Assembly: GCF_006345805.1 (NCBI RefSeq)
Contig: NC_042997.1
Location: 92,938,001 to 93,002,000 of the forward strand
Reading direction: 5' to 3'
Origin: Octopus sinensis
Lineage: Eukaryota
DNA length: 64,000 nt
The position numbers and the translations under genes are program-made. Shown piece after piece: positions 24,825-39,080 of the stretch (position 1 is its first letter; each line of letters begins with the position of its first letter). Under the pieces are notes generated by a model. That model searched no databases. It was not told the DNA's origin and was given only the letters and a program-made list of their open reading frames with translations.

Positions 24825-25899
24825 TTTTTGTTCTGTTGAATGTGTGAGATCGCCAGGTGAGAACTTCGATAGTGGTGAAGTCTATCATTTCTTGCGAGCT
24901 GAGCTGTTTTCTATTGGACCACAGAAGTTATCAGTATGCCGTGAGATAGTTCAGTTAAAGTAAAAGTTTACAGATTTCACTACAGATTACAAAAAAGCTT
25001 AAAGCCTATATCTAATGCTTACATCAACAATATATCTATATTTATGCTATTTGTTTCTTAAATAAAACTATTTAAAATATACAATTAGATTATAAAAATG
25101 AGTATGATAGTACGATTATTCGTTGGGTAAAAAGATTGACACTGGAAACGAGATTGACATTATAAATGAGACATATCTCTAGATACTGGGATATGCCTCT
25201 GGAGAAGGAAAGGAAGAGAAAGAAAGATCGAAGAGCTTGGCAGGGTTAGAGCAGGCCCTGGGATGCGTTGTTTAAGGGTAATGAAATTTATATTGTCATT
25301 GCAAATATTCTGGTTGGTTTGAAATGACTGAGCGTGTGTGTGTTCTTGCTGTAGTGAAAAAATATAGATTTGGAGATCTACCTTGTGTATTCAGGGCAGA
25401 GAAGGATACAAAAACGAACAACAACCATGGAGGCTTTCTCTGCAAGAAGCGAATAGAAAGAGGACTACAACATCAGTAGAGTTTCTTTTGAAGGCGCCGA
25501 GCTGGTAGAAACGTTAGCACGCCGGGGGGAAACACTTAATAGTATTTCGCTGTCTTTATGTTCTGAGTTCAAATTCCGCCGAGGTCGACTCTTCCTTTCA
25601 TCCTTTTGGGGTCGATAAATTAAGTACCAGTTGCATACTGGGATTGATCTAATCGACCGCCCCCTCGCCACTCCCCCAAAATTTCGGGTTTTGTGCCTAG
25701 AGATAAAAAAAGTAGAGTTTCTTTTGACCGGAGACCAAAGGGATCACTTGTAGTTTTGGAGGCGTGATATCGAAGGTTGCTCGATGCACAGAGACAACCT
25801 TCACGTTTCCATTGACGGTCTTGCAGAAGTTGCGAAGTTGGGTGATCCAGTTTGTAGTGATGAGCATTTTTTCTCAGCGTTTTTCTGCAACACAATTAT

Positions 25900-26830
25900 G
25901 AATGAACTACATAGGGGATTTGAAGCTATGAATTTTCTTTGTATGCAGGGGATATGAAAGGCACTTGTCTAAGAGGATAGTCTTGTAACCTGCTTAGCTG
26001 TCTCTGATGAGCCAGAAGGTAAGCACATATTCTGCCAGGGGAAAAACTGTAGCCATTCTGTCAAAGATGGAAAATATGTAACCATTCAACTGATTTAAGA
26101 GCAATAGGTTTCGTAAAATAGGGTATTTTCATTATATATGAATGTGGGAAAAAGCAGTAGTAATAAGTAGTAACGTAGTAATACATGAATGCGGAAAAAT
26201 GCTGTGATCAGACGATCCGATTAATTTACAAACTGTGATGGTTTGGTGAAAGCAGAGTCCGAAGATAAGAAATAGATCCAAAGTTTTGTGATGGATTGAC
26301 ACTAAATGGTGCAAAAATTCGAGGATTATAAAAAATTTGGTTTTTGCACCAACGATACCAATATGGGGGGTATGTGAAAACCAAGAAGAATTGTGAGGTT
26401 TGGAGTCAGTGAAGATGATGACTTCTGAGAGGAATAGGTGTGGGATTTGTCCTCGATGCAGGAAGAAATAGTCAAAGAGTTGTGAATAGCTGGAGGATTT
26501 GGGAGAGCAGTAGAGGAACAGATATGTTTAGAAAAGTTGAGAAGAGAGACTTTGAACCAGAATAACTGGAAGTCCTTATTGCTGATATCCAGGTGAGAAA
26601 TATGACTGGCAATTATAGAAGGTGACAACGGGATCTATATATGCACAGACACGAACTTTTGGAGTGGAGTTTCAATATTGAATAGAAGAGATAAACTATT
26701 GATAAGAGCGAGACATTTGTGTTTCAGAGAATAATACATGTTTGGGTTGCGTGCAAGGTGTTTGTCAAGGTTAGATCGGAGTCACGAACAGATATTAGAT
26801 AAGAGCAAGGAGGATTGTCCAGGGGGTTTA
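25900..26830 (-). mobile_element. CR1/Jockey-type LINE APE endonuclease remnant
   Basis: SNI..LRSNL...SETQ, VCAYI, ILLGF(N)-like and TLDLFL...IGSSDH motifs in shifting frames. Confidence 0.65.
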
Positions 26831-27246
26831 GTTGTATTTTTAGCATTTAGAGAAGTGTTGCGAGTATCAGTGCACCTTGAAGTCACTATACTGATAACCC
26901 TCCACCGGGAGATTAGTCTGAAAGCTTGCACAAAGTGAACTGTTTAAGGGCACCAATAGGCCAGCAGATGCTATTAAACAAGGCACTGTGATGTGACCAC
27001 CACCCTCCTCTTCAAAAGAAGAACCTTTTTCGCATCTACTTAGTTCGTCATACACATCATGACTATATCAAGCAACGCAGCACTAAGCATATAATGATCC
27101 AACGTGGAATAACAATGCATTAACGGTGTTAAAATCATATAAAAACATAAAACATAAAACATAGATAAGTGTTGGCTAATCATCTCTTCCTTAGTAAATG
27201 GAGAATTTACTGACACTGTGGTAGAATACTGGGAGGAAGATTAGGA

Positions 27247-27281
<35 letters not shown>

Positions 27282-29153
27282 CATACATATTTACATATAT
27301 ATATATAAATATATATTGTGATTGATTCTTTAATTTGCTTTTAGTAGAAAAAATTCAACTCACAACACCTCAATACATCTTGTAAATATGTTACAGAGTG
27401 CTCGGTAAAAGCTCACAAGAGTTTCATTCAACCGCAGTGTTCACTTTTTTCGTAGTTATAACTTCAATAGAGATGAACTCTGGCAAACAGACCTTAATTT
27501 TGATATACTGCATAAAATTAAATCTTCATTGCTGACCCAGTCACTCAAATGGTCTACCATATTCACTATTACCGCTGTAAAAGAGAACTTTGGGAAAAGC
27601 AACTATGAAAAGCATCTATGAAAGGCATATTAGAAAGGCAGCTATGAGAAAATGCATATTTGCGTTCGTCTACCTAATGTTCATCAGAGTAATCACTTGT
27701 ACCATGCCACTTCAACATATTAAGCACTTCACTTAACTCTTGACATTATATGATGTTTGTAAGTATGCGTGGTTACTTTAATATCTCTTTAAAATCATAA
27801 GAGCTAATCTCTAAAAGAATGAGGTAAATTTGTTCCTGGTCCAAACTGGACAGCAATTAGAATGATATCTCATACCCACTGGGTTGTTTGAACGTCGCTG
27901 AATACTACATCATCGTGCAATAATTTACGGTAGAACAGATATATAAAAATCATATTCTGTTATCTTCTTTTTAAGGCCCAAGTTAAAGAAACCCTTATCA
28001 ATTATACTGCACTGGATTGTGTCACAGAGAGAATTAACTTTTGGTGATTCACCAGTTTCAAGGTGTAATTAGGAAGACAAATAGGTTTCTCTTTGTCGTC
28101 ACTGGGTATGAAAAAATATAAAAGACTTGAAATCAGCTCTGTAAGTTAATAAAACTTTTATTAATAATTACTTCAAATTCCCATACAAGGGTAGCAATTG
28201 GAGATGGTGTATCGACCCCAATGGTATATTATTTAACGACCACGAAGGATTGAAAGGCATTGTTGACCTAGGCGGCATTCGAACTCAGAACGTAAAGCCG
28301 GAAGAAATGCCTCTAAACATTTTGTCCGGTGTGCCAACGATTCTGCCAGTTCTTAGTCATACACTTTCCTTAATACCTACAATAGTGGCATCGACAAAAC
28401 TAGAGGCAATTAACTGTATTTTAACTGTAGATCTTTCAATAGGTAATTAGATATTCTGTCAAGTCGACCGTCAGGAACAGAAAAAGAAAGATATAGAAAA
28501 AAGGGCGTGCGAATGAGAGAGAGAAAAAGAGAGAAAGAGAATGGCGGGGCAGATAAACAAAGCAATGAACGGATGCATTTTGAAATGGCACAAGATTTTG
28601 AGACAAGAAACGGCAATGCTGTGACATTCATACTTTCCTCACGTGCATTAGCAACGGAAATGAAGGGAATTATCTTTTAGTCAAGAATAGAAAATATGAT
28701 ATGAATTTGACTTGCCAAGAACTTATTACTTTACTTGGTATTTGATAAACTTATATATCACAATCAAAATACAATGTATTTTTGACTACTGTACCTACTG
28801 CGTGTGTTTATTTGAAGAATATAAATAAACGTAGTTTGACTGGTCACCAATAACCTTCTGTTTTTTTTGGTTTTTTTTCATAATCTATATATATCAATGA
28901 CATCATTTTTGCTTCAGAATGAATCGCAGTTAATATTATCTCAGCTTACCATACGGGGTCTAAAAATAGCTTATCACAAATCTATTAAGATTTATCATCT
29001 AGGACGGATTGGGTATTAATCAGTAGGTAATGTCAATATACATACATACATACATTCATACATACATACATTCATACATACATACATACATACACAGATG
29101 CATGCATACATGCACATGCCCATTCACACACAACAGACACACGTTCACACACA

Positions 29154-29184
<31 letters not shown>

Positions 29185-29689
29185 CATACCATGTGCAGCA
29201 TATATATTAACCCATTATTCATTTTATCATAAAACAGAAAGTTTTAGATTTTACTTCTTGGAAGTTTACCGGTTGATAGTTTTATTCATTGACTGTATCT
29301 TAAATATATCTGCAATTGAAAATGGTCACCCTTTGCTTTCATCATAATCCGTCATTTTTTATACCAGCCATTTTCACCTCCAAATTCTATTTAATTAAGG
29401 GTAGACAATAACTCAGCAAAATGTTAGGAAGCGTTATACAATATTTGCAAATATTTTTGCAAATAAGAATGCTTCAACTTATGTTTGAAAAATGAGTAAA
29501 TGTACAGACTTATAAATTTAGTATCGTAACAGCTAATTCATGAAACCATTCTGTAACACACACACACATACACACATTATGTGTGTGTATGTGTGTGTGT
29601 GTATGTGTGCGTGTGTGTGTGTGTGTGCGTGTGTATGTGTGTGTGTGTGTGTATTAGTTATCAACTCGTCCTCTTGAAACTTCTTGAGC

Positions 29690-29900
29690 CACTTTCCTCA
29701 CATGACTTCGCAAATGACCCTTCATGCCAGCTTTTTAGTTCATCACTTTGCCACACAGGTAGCACTTCAAGCCAAGTTGCTGGGGTTACTGCAACTGCTT
29801 CATATCCTCATGCCTCACATGTGACTTTTGAAGCCAGTAAGACAAAGGCAGATTCTTTCACCTCATCCACCCATTGAATGTTGCAAAGCTTACCAATGGC
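29690..29900 (-). mobile_element. RTE LINE C-terminal fragment with two degenerate C2H2 fingers
   Basis: ERICLCLTGFKSHM and CYLCGKVMN*KAGMKGHLRSH. Confidence 0.55.
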
Positions 29901-30289
29901 ACAAATACATGATACGGATGGTATTTACAACATTCTTAGTTATTTTCTTAAAATTTTTTTTTCTTTTTACTTTTCACCATGGTTGTCAGCAATAAACTTA
30001 TGTCGGAAGCCGTGGTACTCTTTATCATGACCCGATCTGTTGACATATGCCTCTAGAGTTTCTGTTACTCATAGAAAAGCAGGATTTGTAGTCAGCCGTT
30101 TACTCCTTCCCTAGATCTGCTGATTTCATTTAGAAACAAGACTACCTCGTGAAGGATGTAATCTTAAAAACCACGCACAGCGGTCCTTGACGTAGAGGAT
30201 AAAAGCTCTTCCCTTGACTTCAACACATACCTCGGCTCCCAATCCCCGGCTCCCAAAGTTCAGATAGAAGCCACAATATGGTAGAAGCC

Positions 30290-30880
30290 ATAGCCACTCA
30301 TAATAAAAAGGAGTACTGGTGGAATGTCTCAGTGAAGACCACAATAAAATGTAAGCACAAGAGAGATGATATAATAATTTGAGATAGAGAAGAGAAACTG
30401 TGCACATTTGTGGAAATTAGCTGCCCAGCAGATGTTAACATAATGCTGAAGATCAGTGAAAAAGAGAATACCTACTCTGAACTATTGAGAAATCTGCAGT
30501 TACTCTATCCAGATTATAAGTTCAGGTTTATACCTGTAATTATTGGGGCCCTGGGATGTATAACACACTGCCTAAATACCAATCTTGAGAAATTAGACTT
30601 CTCAAAACCAGAAAAGAGAAAGTTAATTCGAAGACTACAGATCCAATCCATCATTGAACCTGTAAAAATTTATCATTTAAATATATATGAGCATGTCTAG
30701 ATATGCAACTATATGCATGCGAATACATACATGAAGCAAACATACAAATATGCACATATACATATATACATACATACAAACAAAATACCTAGTTGTTGCT
30801 GTAGAAATTCCAATGAAGGAGCCTTGGATCTAGGTTAGAAACCGGCTCTTTATTGGTAAGAAACATTGAAATAAAACTGA
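30290..30880 (+). mobile_element. R4/Dong/NeSL-like non-LTR retrotransposon 3' fragment (restriction-like endonuclease)
   Basis: In-frame KEYWWNVSVKTTIKCKHKRDDIII*DREEKLCTFVEISCPADVN...EKENTYSEL...IPVIIGALG (PD-D/ExK-type REL domain), followed by a microsatellite-containing 3'UTR. Confidence 0.75.
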
Positions 30881-31139
30881 ACAATCATATACATGCGTAA
30901 TACTTTTTTTTACCGTGTACACCGAGACCCGGAATGAATATTGCTGTACATGGGGCAATTAATGATATTTTTTATCGGTTGAAAGATACAATCACCGATC
31001 AGCAAAGCATTTTGTCCGCTGGAAGTGTAAACAAATTTAGGAGCTTGATTTAGGCCCAAAGGCCCGGGTAGTTTAGGCTGACGAGACACAATATGCCGAA
31101 ATACTGGTGTTCTATAATCATATACATACATATATACAT

Positions 31140-31293
<154 letters not shown>

Positions 31294-31459
31294 GATGGGA
31301 TTATTTCAATTTCCATCTTCCAAATCCACTCACAAGGTTTTGGTTGGCTCGAGGCTATAGTAGAAAGCATTCGCCCAAGATGCCACGCAGTAGGACTGAA
31401 CCCGGAACCATGTGGTTGGTTAGCAACAAGCTACTTACCACACAGCCATTCCTATACAT

Positions 31460-31490
<31 letters not shown>

Positions 31491-31610
31491 CTGTTGTGTC
31501 TGGGGAGAGTCATTCTCTTTTTGTGCCTTATAATTTAACACAATCACATTAAGAATCTTGCAAACCAAATCCAAAAACGAAATATATATATATATACACT
31601 CACACACACT

Positions 31611-31647
<37 letters not shown>

Positions 31648-34600
31648 ACACGCACACACACACTCTGGTAAACAGACAGACAGATAGATGGAAATTTATG
31701 ACTCTCAACAAACAAGTTAGCCAGCTAATCGCCAACAGAATAAGTGCGTACTCTTTGGAAATGCACATCATTTTCTTGAAGGTGGTACAAGCGGAAACCG
31801 CTGTTCAAATAACTGCTAATATATTCAAGCTTGCACGTTATTATTACAGGCACCGACGCAGAAGATTTATCCATGAGAAAATTCTCTGTCGCACACAAAA
31901 CATCACATATTAAAACAAATAATATTGTATAAATCTCTAGTTGTCTTCTCTTAAAAAGAAAATCACGTGTAGGGCACATGTGCTTTAAACTACAGTTGGG
32001 GACAATGAAGCGTATTCATGCTTCTGAATCATTCTTACACGCCCTGAAAAATAGAATGAGCATAGTCGGACTACTTGATTTATTAACCTTGACTCGGGGA
32101 GTTGAAACAGAAAATCTACACGTGCTGATACTTTATTTATAACGGTCAAACCCAAAACTAGTAATGTAACGAATTCATCCTAATTCTTTAAAATATTTCC
32201 ACTACATTTTATATATTGTATTGCAGGGGCGGACCCAAGTGGGGCGGACCTGAAGGTCACGTGTATCCCCCTCCCTCCAAGAAAAGAAGTGCACCTTTCT
32301 AAATAATATTATTACGCCCTTTTCTCATGTAATTGTATTCCCTTCTGACCTTGCACCCTCCTTTCGAAAAACCTGTATTGTCTTCTAGTAATTGTCTTCT
32401 ATTATAATTCCATTCACAACCAGGCTATATTATAGGAATCTATTCTAGTTCTTAACTGGCACAATATTTTTTCGACCACAAGTAACTAAATACCACAAAG
32501 ATTCTGCCTGTCCGTCGCCTGTATTGATTTCATTTTGACCAAGCACAAAGAAATGGGACGGTGTGAGATTCATCCTTTTCCCATGCATAAATGCGCATGA
32601 TCTGGTGGTTAGGGTGTTGAATTCACGATCGTAAGAGCGTGGTTTCGGTTCCTCGACGTACAAAGCACTTAATTTCACGTTGCTTTGCGATCGCTTCAAC
32701 ATCTGACGTGTGGCTCACGGTGTACCTATATGGACAATGTCAAATTGATGGCATGAGTGAACACATTTACGACACAAACATTTTATCAATATAAACAAAT
32801 CATTTGTGCAGCTTGTTCAGTAAAAAATTGCAGAAGCCTCATCTGTCGTTTACAACAGGAAATCCAACGAAAATATATATTAAAAAAATCGAAATATAAA
32901 AGATGTGAAATCATTTATAAATTCTCAAAGCAAAACTGACAAATTCGGTTTACCTATACCTTACTTTTGTTGTAGGAGGATATGTACATTAAAACTAACA
33001 ATAAGTAAACAGTAATATCTGCAGGGATGGAAATATTGGAAAGCGGTTAATTAGGGCCCAGAGGGTGATTCACTGTTGCAGTAACGAAAAGATAGACAAT
33101 TGTATCGGATGGACTTAGAACGAGATGGGATGCAGCCAGTGTACCATCCAAGATATGTGCTCATGCACATATACACACACACACACGTTTTACAATCAGG
33201 AAAGAAAAATATGTGCTTACACAAGGTTTTAAGATGAAATTTGAGCGATAGTTACTCGCAAGGATGCATACGTATTTTGCATATAAAGACAAGATTTGCA
33301 CATAATACAAATATCTATACACAGCCATGGAAAAAAATTAAAAGACCATATTGGCTATAGCTAGCATAAGTGATTCCTTTTTACAAAGAGGTAAAACTGC
33401 AAATATAAGAATAAACTGTTTATTACAATGTACAAATTAGAGAGAATAGTTTAAATACAGCATCGATATTGCAAGTTCTTTCATTGATATAAGAAAGGGA
33501 GAGAAGGCGAAAGAGAGAGAGAGAGGGGGGAGGGAGAGAAGAAGAGAAAGGAAGAGAGAGGGAGCATGTCTACATTACTGGCAATCTCCATACAATATCA
33601 TTAAAAATTGGAGAACGACTGGGTGCGACAAAGTCTGAAGGATATTGTTGATTTTCTGTTAACAGTGCTGATTTAGACTTAATAAGCTATATAAAACTTA
33701 CTGGTCCTCTCTTACAAGAATTACCCAGAAGGTTCCACAACGATTAATAAGATAAGCACATTTTAAATAATTGTGAGATCCTAAGTTCATGAGCGTAGCT
33801 ATAGCGGAACAGCATTTTGTAAAGGGCGGTACTTTTGATACGTATTATGTCGCACTTTTCATGAGTAGGTGGGACCACACGCAATGTCCACCTCGAGCGA
33901 CACAAACCCTAGCTTCACCTATGTTGCAATTTGTTTTACATATGCCAAAATCTGATTAAAAAAACTAGCAGATATAAAGTATCCGACATAAACAGCAGAT
34001 GTAAGAAATTTTCTTCTAATAAAGTAAGGGTGAACAAAAGAACATATGCTGAGTAACATAGCTAAAGCATTTTTTTCTTGATTTCGGATCTTTTGCACAT
34101 GTTTTCATAGCACTTTTTATATCTATATTTTTTCTTTATTATATAATTTTCTATTGATCAAGCTGAAAAGAGTTTAATCTGTCTTGTCTTACTGGTAACG
34201 AAAATATGATTTTATATGCTGTAGTTAAACTAAAAGCTTCTCTCTGCCGTGACCACACTTATAAGTATTTGAGGGTCGCATTATTCTTAAGTCAACCCTC
34301 AGATTTGGAATAGCACCTGTGACTTATTGATTGCTGGTAAATCCAACGACTTCTATTGAAAGCTATACATCTCCAGGAAATAATTTTTTTGCAACATTTA
34401 GTTCAGGCAAGAGGTCATACGCATTAATATCATTATTTTCTTGATATCATAACTTATCCCCCAAACCGTAACAGATTTTATTCGTTCTTTTATCTAACAT
34501 CTGCATTTAAAATTTTATTTATTTTTGTTTGGCAAATCGATTATATTATAAAAAAATGCCCATATGTTATCGAAACTTTTAAACTGTCCACATCTTTCTG

Positions 34601-34818
34601 ATTATCAACAATGACTGTATCGAATTTTCTTTGTGGGTCGCCTTTGCAGAGAACCTTATTAATGCATTCATTTTCAAATGACCATTTTTTTAGCGCATTC
34701 TTTTACTTTTTAAAACGGGCTCTAAATCTAATTTAGAACCTAATTATTTTGCTGATGCATACTCTTTCAAATTCATTTATTGTTCTGCTGATATCATTTG
34801 CGTTGCTTAAGATAGTGT

Positions 34819-35203
34819 GTGGAAGCACTCCGTCGGTTACGACGACGAGAGTTTCGGTTGATCCGAATCAACGGAACAGCCTGCTCGTGATATTAACGTG
34901 TAAGTGGCTGAGCACTCCACAGACACGTGTACCCTTAACGTAGTTCTCGGGGATATTCAGCGTGACACAGAGAGTGACAAGGCCGGCCCTTTGAAATACA
35001 GGTACAACAGAAACAGGAAGTAAGAGTGAGAGAAAGTTGTGGTGAAAGAGTACAGCAGGGATCACCACCATCCCCTGCCGGAGCCTCGTGGAGCTTTAGG
35101 TGTTTTCACTCAATTAACACTCACAACGCCCGGTCTAGGAATCGAAACCGCGATCCTATGACCGCGAGTCCGCTGTCCTAACCACTGGGCCATTGCGCCT
35201 CCA
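34819..35203 (-). mobile_element. tRNA-derived SINE (family A head, alternative tail), full length
   Basis: Perfect 13-bp TSD CTTAAGATAGTGT (34806-34818, 35204-35216) and a tRNA-like head. Confidence 0.88.
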
Positions 35204-38200
35204 CTTAAGATAGTGTAGCGAGATCTAGAATCGAGCCAAAATCTTTAGTTATCAGTGCCGAGACACGTGCACATCACATCCGGTTCATACAGGACTGAGT
35301 TGGTTGTCAACCAATCAGCTTGCGGCGATATCATAAACACCATCTCAAATGTCCTTGAGGTTCGTGCGCTTTTCTCAATGTCAAAGTAGTTTCGTCCGAA
35401 GAATAACGACAGAGGTTCGAAACTGCCACCAGAGAACATACATTCTCACCTCTCGCCACAAGCAAGCAGAATACAGCTTAATATGGCAGAAGGAACGTTA
35501 AGTTCTGCTTGCTGAATTCAACCAGGAGTATAAATGATTTCTTGTATAATGACAAAACCAACTCTTTTGGGCATCGCGAACATTAATTATTATTATTATG
35601 ACTTGTTACATTGAGCTCGATTTCTAACCTCACTACCTTATCACCAGCAACCAATTGAAGTTTATATTCAATTATTTGCCTGTTCAATAAATCTTACAAT
35701 AAGTAACAACATACCCGAACAGCGACATTGGTGACAGCCAAAAGTCCTTGCAAAGCGACAATATCATATCAAGCATTCATTATCTCTACAAAACTGTAAT
35801 CTATTTCATATACAAATGTCTCTACTTCATGTCGCTCAGATCTGATAATTTGCGAAATAGCTAAAAGAACAGTCAGATAAACACTTACACTTCACAAAAA
35901 TTAGAAGATAATTGTGTTACAACAAGCTACAGCTGCCTAGGATGTGTAGTAATTAGATAGTCCATATGTGCAAGAAGCAAGAAAATAATTATTCCTCTCT
36001 ACTATAAGCACAAGGCTTGAAATTCGGGAGGAGGGGGCTAGTCGATTACATCGACTCCAGTACTTAACTAGTACTTATTTTATCGACCTAAAAAGAAGGA
36101 AAATTAAGGCCGACAGCGACGGAATTCGAACTCACAGGAAGACAAATATTAAAATAAGAATGGTTCTATACAGCTATTTATTAAGCGACTTAGGTGTCAC
36201 AACTCGCAATCCTTTAAGTTTACTGATTATGACTTACAAACACAATTTCTTTTACTTCATGATTCATGATCAAAAGTGCTGCTTCTTAATTTCTTTTAAA
36301 CCTAATGACTGAATGTACTGCTTGTTAACATTTGAAGTAGCTATTTCAAATCTCGAACTGTCAATTCGCTTATAAGAATCGAAGATTTGGAAAGTACAAC
36401 TGCTACTTTCTCTTTTAATTTGGACACACTTCCTGAAAAACTGGGTGAATTTTCTTATGCACGATTTAGATAACCAACACTCTCCATTCCCAATCTTCCA
36501 TTCCCGTGCTCACTTATGCAAAATGTTAAACTAAGCTTGTCTCTACCAAAAGATTTTTCACATTTTGCTTTCATTTCTTGCTTTTATCATTGTCACTTTT
36601 TCATTCCAAACACTTATTGTGGGGTTCTACCTGGGTGACAGCCCAAGTTAATAACTTTTGCTAGCTCTGTACGGGTCACTTGTTATTCATAACAATCCTA
36701 TGTAGTTACCGCTCAGAGGTTAAATTAGAAATGCATTTATCAAAAATAATGACCACACTTCCAAGAAGTTATATTCAGACTCAAATTTATAATAATATTT
36801 CAGCTTCTAGTTGCCACTTCATTCCAATAATTTAAGTTGATATCGTTTCTAAGTTTTACAGGAATGTCAAATTTTATGATTTTGAAAGACCTACGCATGT
36901 TTCGTAATACAGAGGACCGTGCAAAAATTTTGCACCAATGCAACCAATGTTCATGAATTTTATCTTATCAAGGAAATACTTCTGTTGTTAGAAGACGCGA
37001 TTTGTACTTACTATGGAATGAAGATTAAGATAATTCACTTAAGATTCATTTAAGATTCGTTGCAAAGAGCGTTGCTCTAACAGAAAAGTTAGGGTACAAA
37101 AAATGTACCCCAGTATTTGTTCTCATCCAATTATCTTACGGTTCCGTCGTATCTCTGAAGTTGATAAATAGCTGCTGAAATCAAAATTTGAACTTGTATT
37201 AGGTCAAAATAAATATATTTTACCCATGATTTTGTTTAAAGTAAAAACGCTTCTTATTCATATTCAATAAATACAAGATAAATAACTGAGCAAAGTATTG
37301 TGGATAACTTTAATTTTTATCCCCTTCAGACTACCATAACTTGAAATTAGTTATCGTCTGCAACTTCATTTTTTTTGTGTATGTGTGTTGGGGGAATATA
37401 TGTGAATATAAATAATTACTTAACCCTCATTTATATATTTGAATTCAGTTTTCTATTTATCAAATTAGTCATTCATTTAAACAAGAAATGTTTTCCTTTT
37501 TGAATGTGTGCCAATAACAGTCAACAACAAACGCGATGTGTATATAATGAAAATCACATGATTTGCAACTTCTCAAATAGAGTCAGCATTGTAGGTGTAC
37601 TAAGAATGCTATGTTAACAAGAAGCATGGGGTGAAAGTTTAAAATATGGCGAACACGTGCCAAGAAAACCACGTGAAAGGGTCAGACAGCAGAAATACAA
37701 AAAATAACAAAAACGGTAAGGTTTATTTGTACTACAAGCAACTATTTATATATAAGTACGTTTCAGTTTACAAACATTTAATTTACTCAACGTAAGATAA
37801 GCTTTAAACCTGTAAGGAAGATTTGTAAAAATTGTTAACGTCTGTCGGGGCAGATAAAACGCCAAAAGAAATTGAGGGAGAGAAGAATAAAGAGTAAAAG
37901 AAGGAGATAGTCTTTTTCTTATGACTTATCTCTTTTAATGGGATGTACTTTTGCGTGAATGTACGCGTGGAGGAATGATGAGCTGTAGTGTATGCGCGCA
38001 GAAGTGTGTTAGCAATCAACAGCACAAATAAGACTTTGGCGTCATAACACACGGCCGGTATGTTACCTCTACTTCTGTCGAAGTCCCACGGTCGGGCGAG
38101 GATATGGACTGTATAGTGTGGCATAGTAGCTTATTTAATGCTGATACAAATCGAACCTAATACTTAAATTGTTTATCACTTCCGGAAGAGTGAAACACAA

Positions 38201-38530
38201 ATGACGTCAGTGGGGTTTTAACTCTGACACTGCAGCAAATTAAAAGGAAAGTATGAGAGCAGGAAAATGCAATAATGCACGATATAAAAATATTTTAATG
38301 AGATATGTTTATTTATAGAATGTTCTTTCAATCTTGCCACCAAACAGGAGTTTGTTTAAATTAAGATCTGAAGCTTCAATCACGAAGAGACTATACCTAC
38401 CTACCTACCGACCTACCTACCTACCTACCTACCTACCTACCTACATACATACATACATACATCCCTACATACATACATACATACATACCTACTTACCTAC
38501 CTACATGCATGTATACATATATACATATGT

Positions 38531-38572
<42 letters not shown>

Positions 38573-38639
38573 ATATGATAGAAATATTAAAATTACTAAG
38601 TCTCTCTAAAGGAGATTACGGCAGCGTTACTGGAAATTA

Positions 38640-39060
38640 ATAGTTATCGCCATACTAATATGGCAGTCTTATAAATATAAGACTAAAGCTGTCGCTGATT
38701 AGCTCCATGTGACCAACGCCTCAAGCTAGCTATTTGACACACAAACTGCGTCCATTATAAACCTTCGAACAGGGGAGGTCAGCCGCTTCATCCTGCCAGT
38801 AAGACAGCTGCAGACATGTTTCAGGGTATTTGCCCTTTATCAATTGATAAAGGGCATTGATAAAGGGCAAATACCCTGAAACATGTCTGCAGCTGTCTGA
38901 CTGGCAGGATGAAGCGGCTGACCTCCCCTGTTCGAAGGTTTATAATGAACGCAGTTTGTGTGTCAAATAGCTAGCTTGAGGCGTTGGTCACATGGAGCTA
39001 ATCAGCGACAGCTTTAGTCTTATATTTATAAGACTGCCATATTAGTATGGCGATAACTAT
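38640..39060. mobile_element. ~420-bp near-perfect palindrome (Penelope-pLTR-like) with central hammerhead motifs
   Basis: 38640-38843 is the reverse complement of 38857-39060 with 2 mismatches seen. The centre is a 13-bp duplication TTGATAAAGGGCA. Confidence 0.8.
38854..38890 (+). ncRNA. Hammerhead ribozyme variant with U3-A8 core
   Basis: GCA-TTGATAA-AGGGCAAATACCCT-GAAA-CATG-TC-TGC: 4-bp stem II, palindromic ACATGT stem III, GUC triplet, only 3-bp stem I. Confidence 0.5.
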
Positions 39061-39080
39061 ATATATATATATATATATAT

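Noticed and set aside
30808-30850. CCAATGA...GAAACCGG hammerhead-like arrangement in a LINE 3'UTR
   Set aside because: The CUGA box is absent and stem I cannot be formed.
35812-35845. CTGATAA-TTTGC-GAAA-TAGC-TA motif
   Set aside because: C3/A8 mismatch, no stem II and no stem I.
37930-38130. CpG-retaining island with a 106-aa minus-strand ORF
   Set aside because: No recognisable domain or consistent splice pair. Left uncalled.
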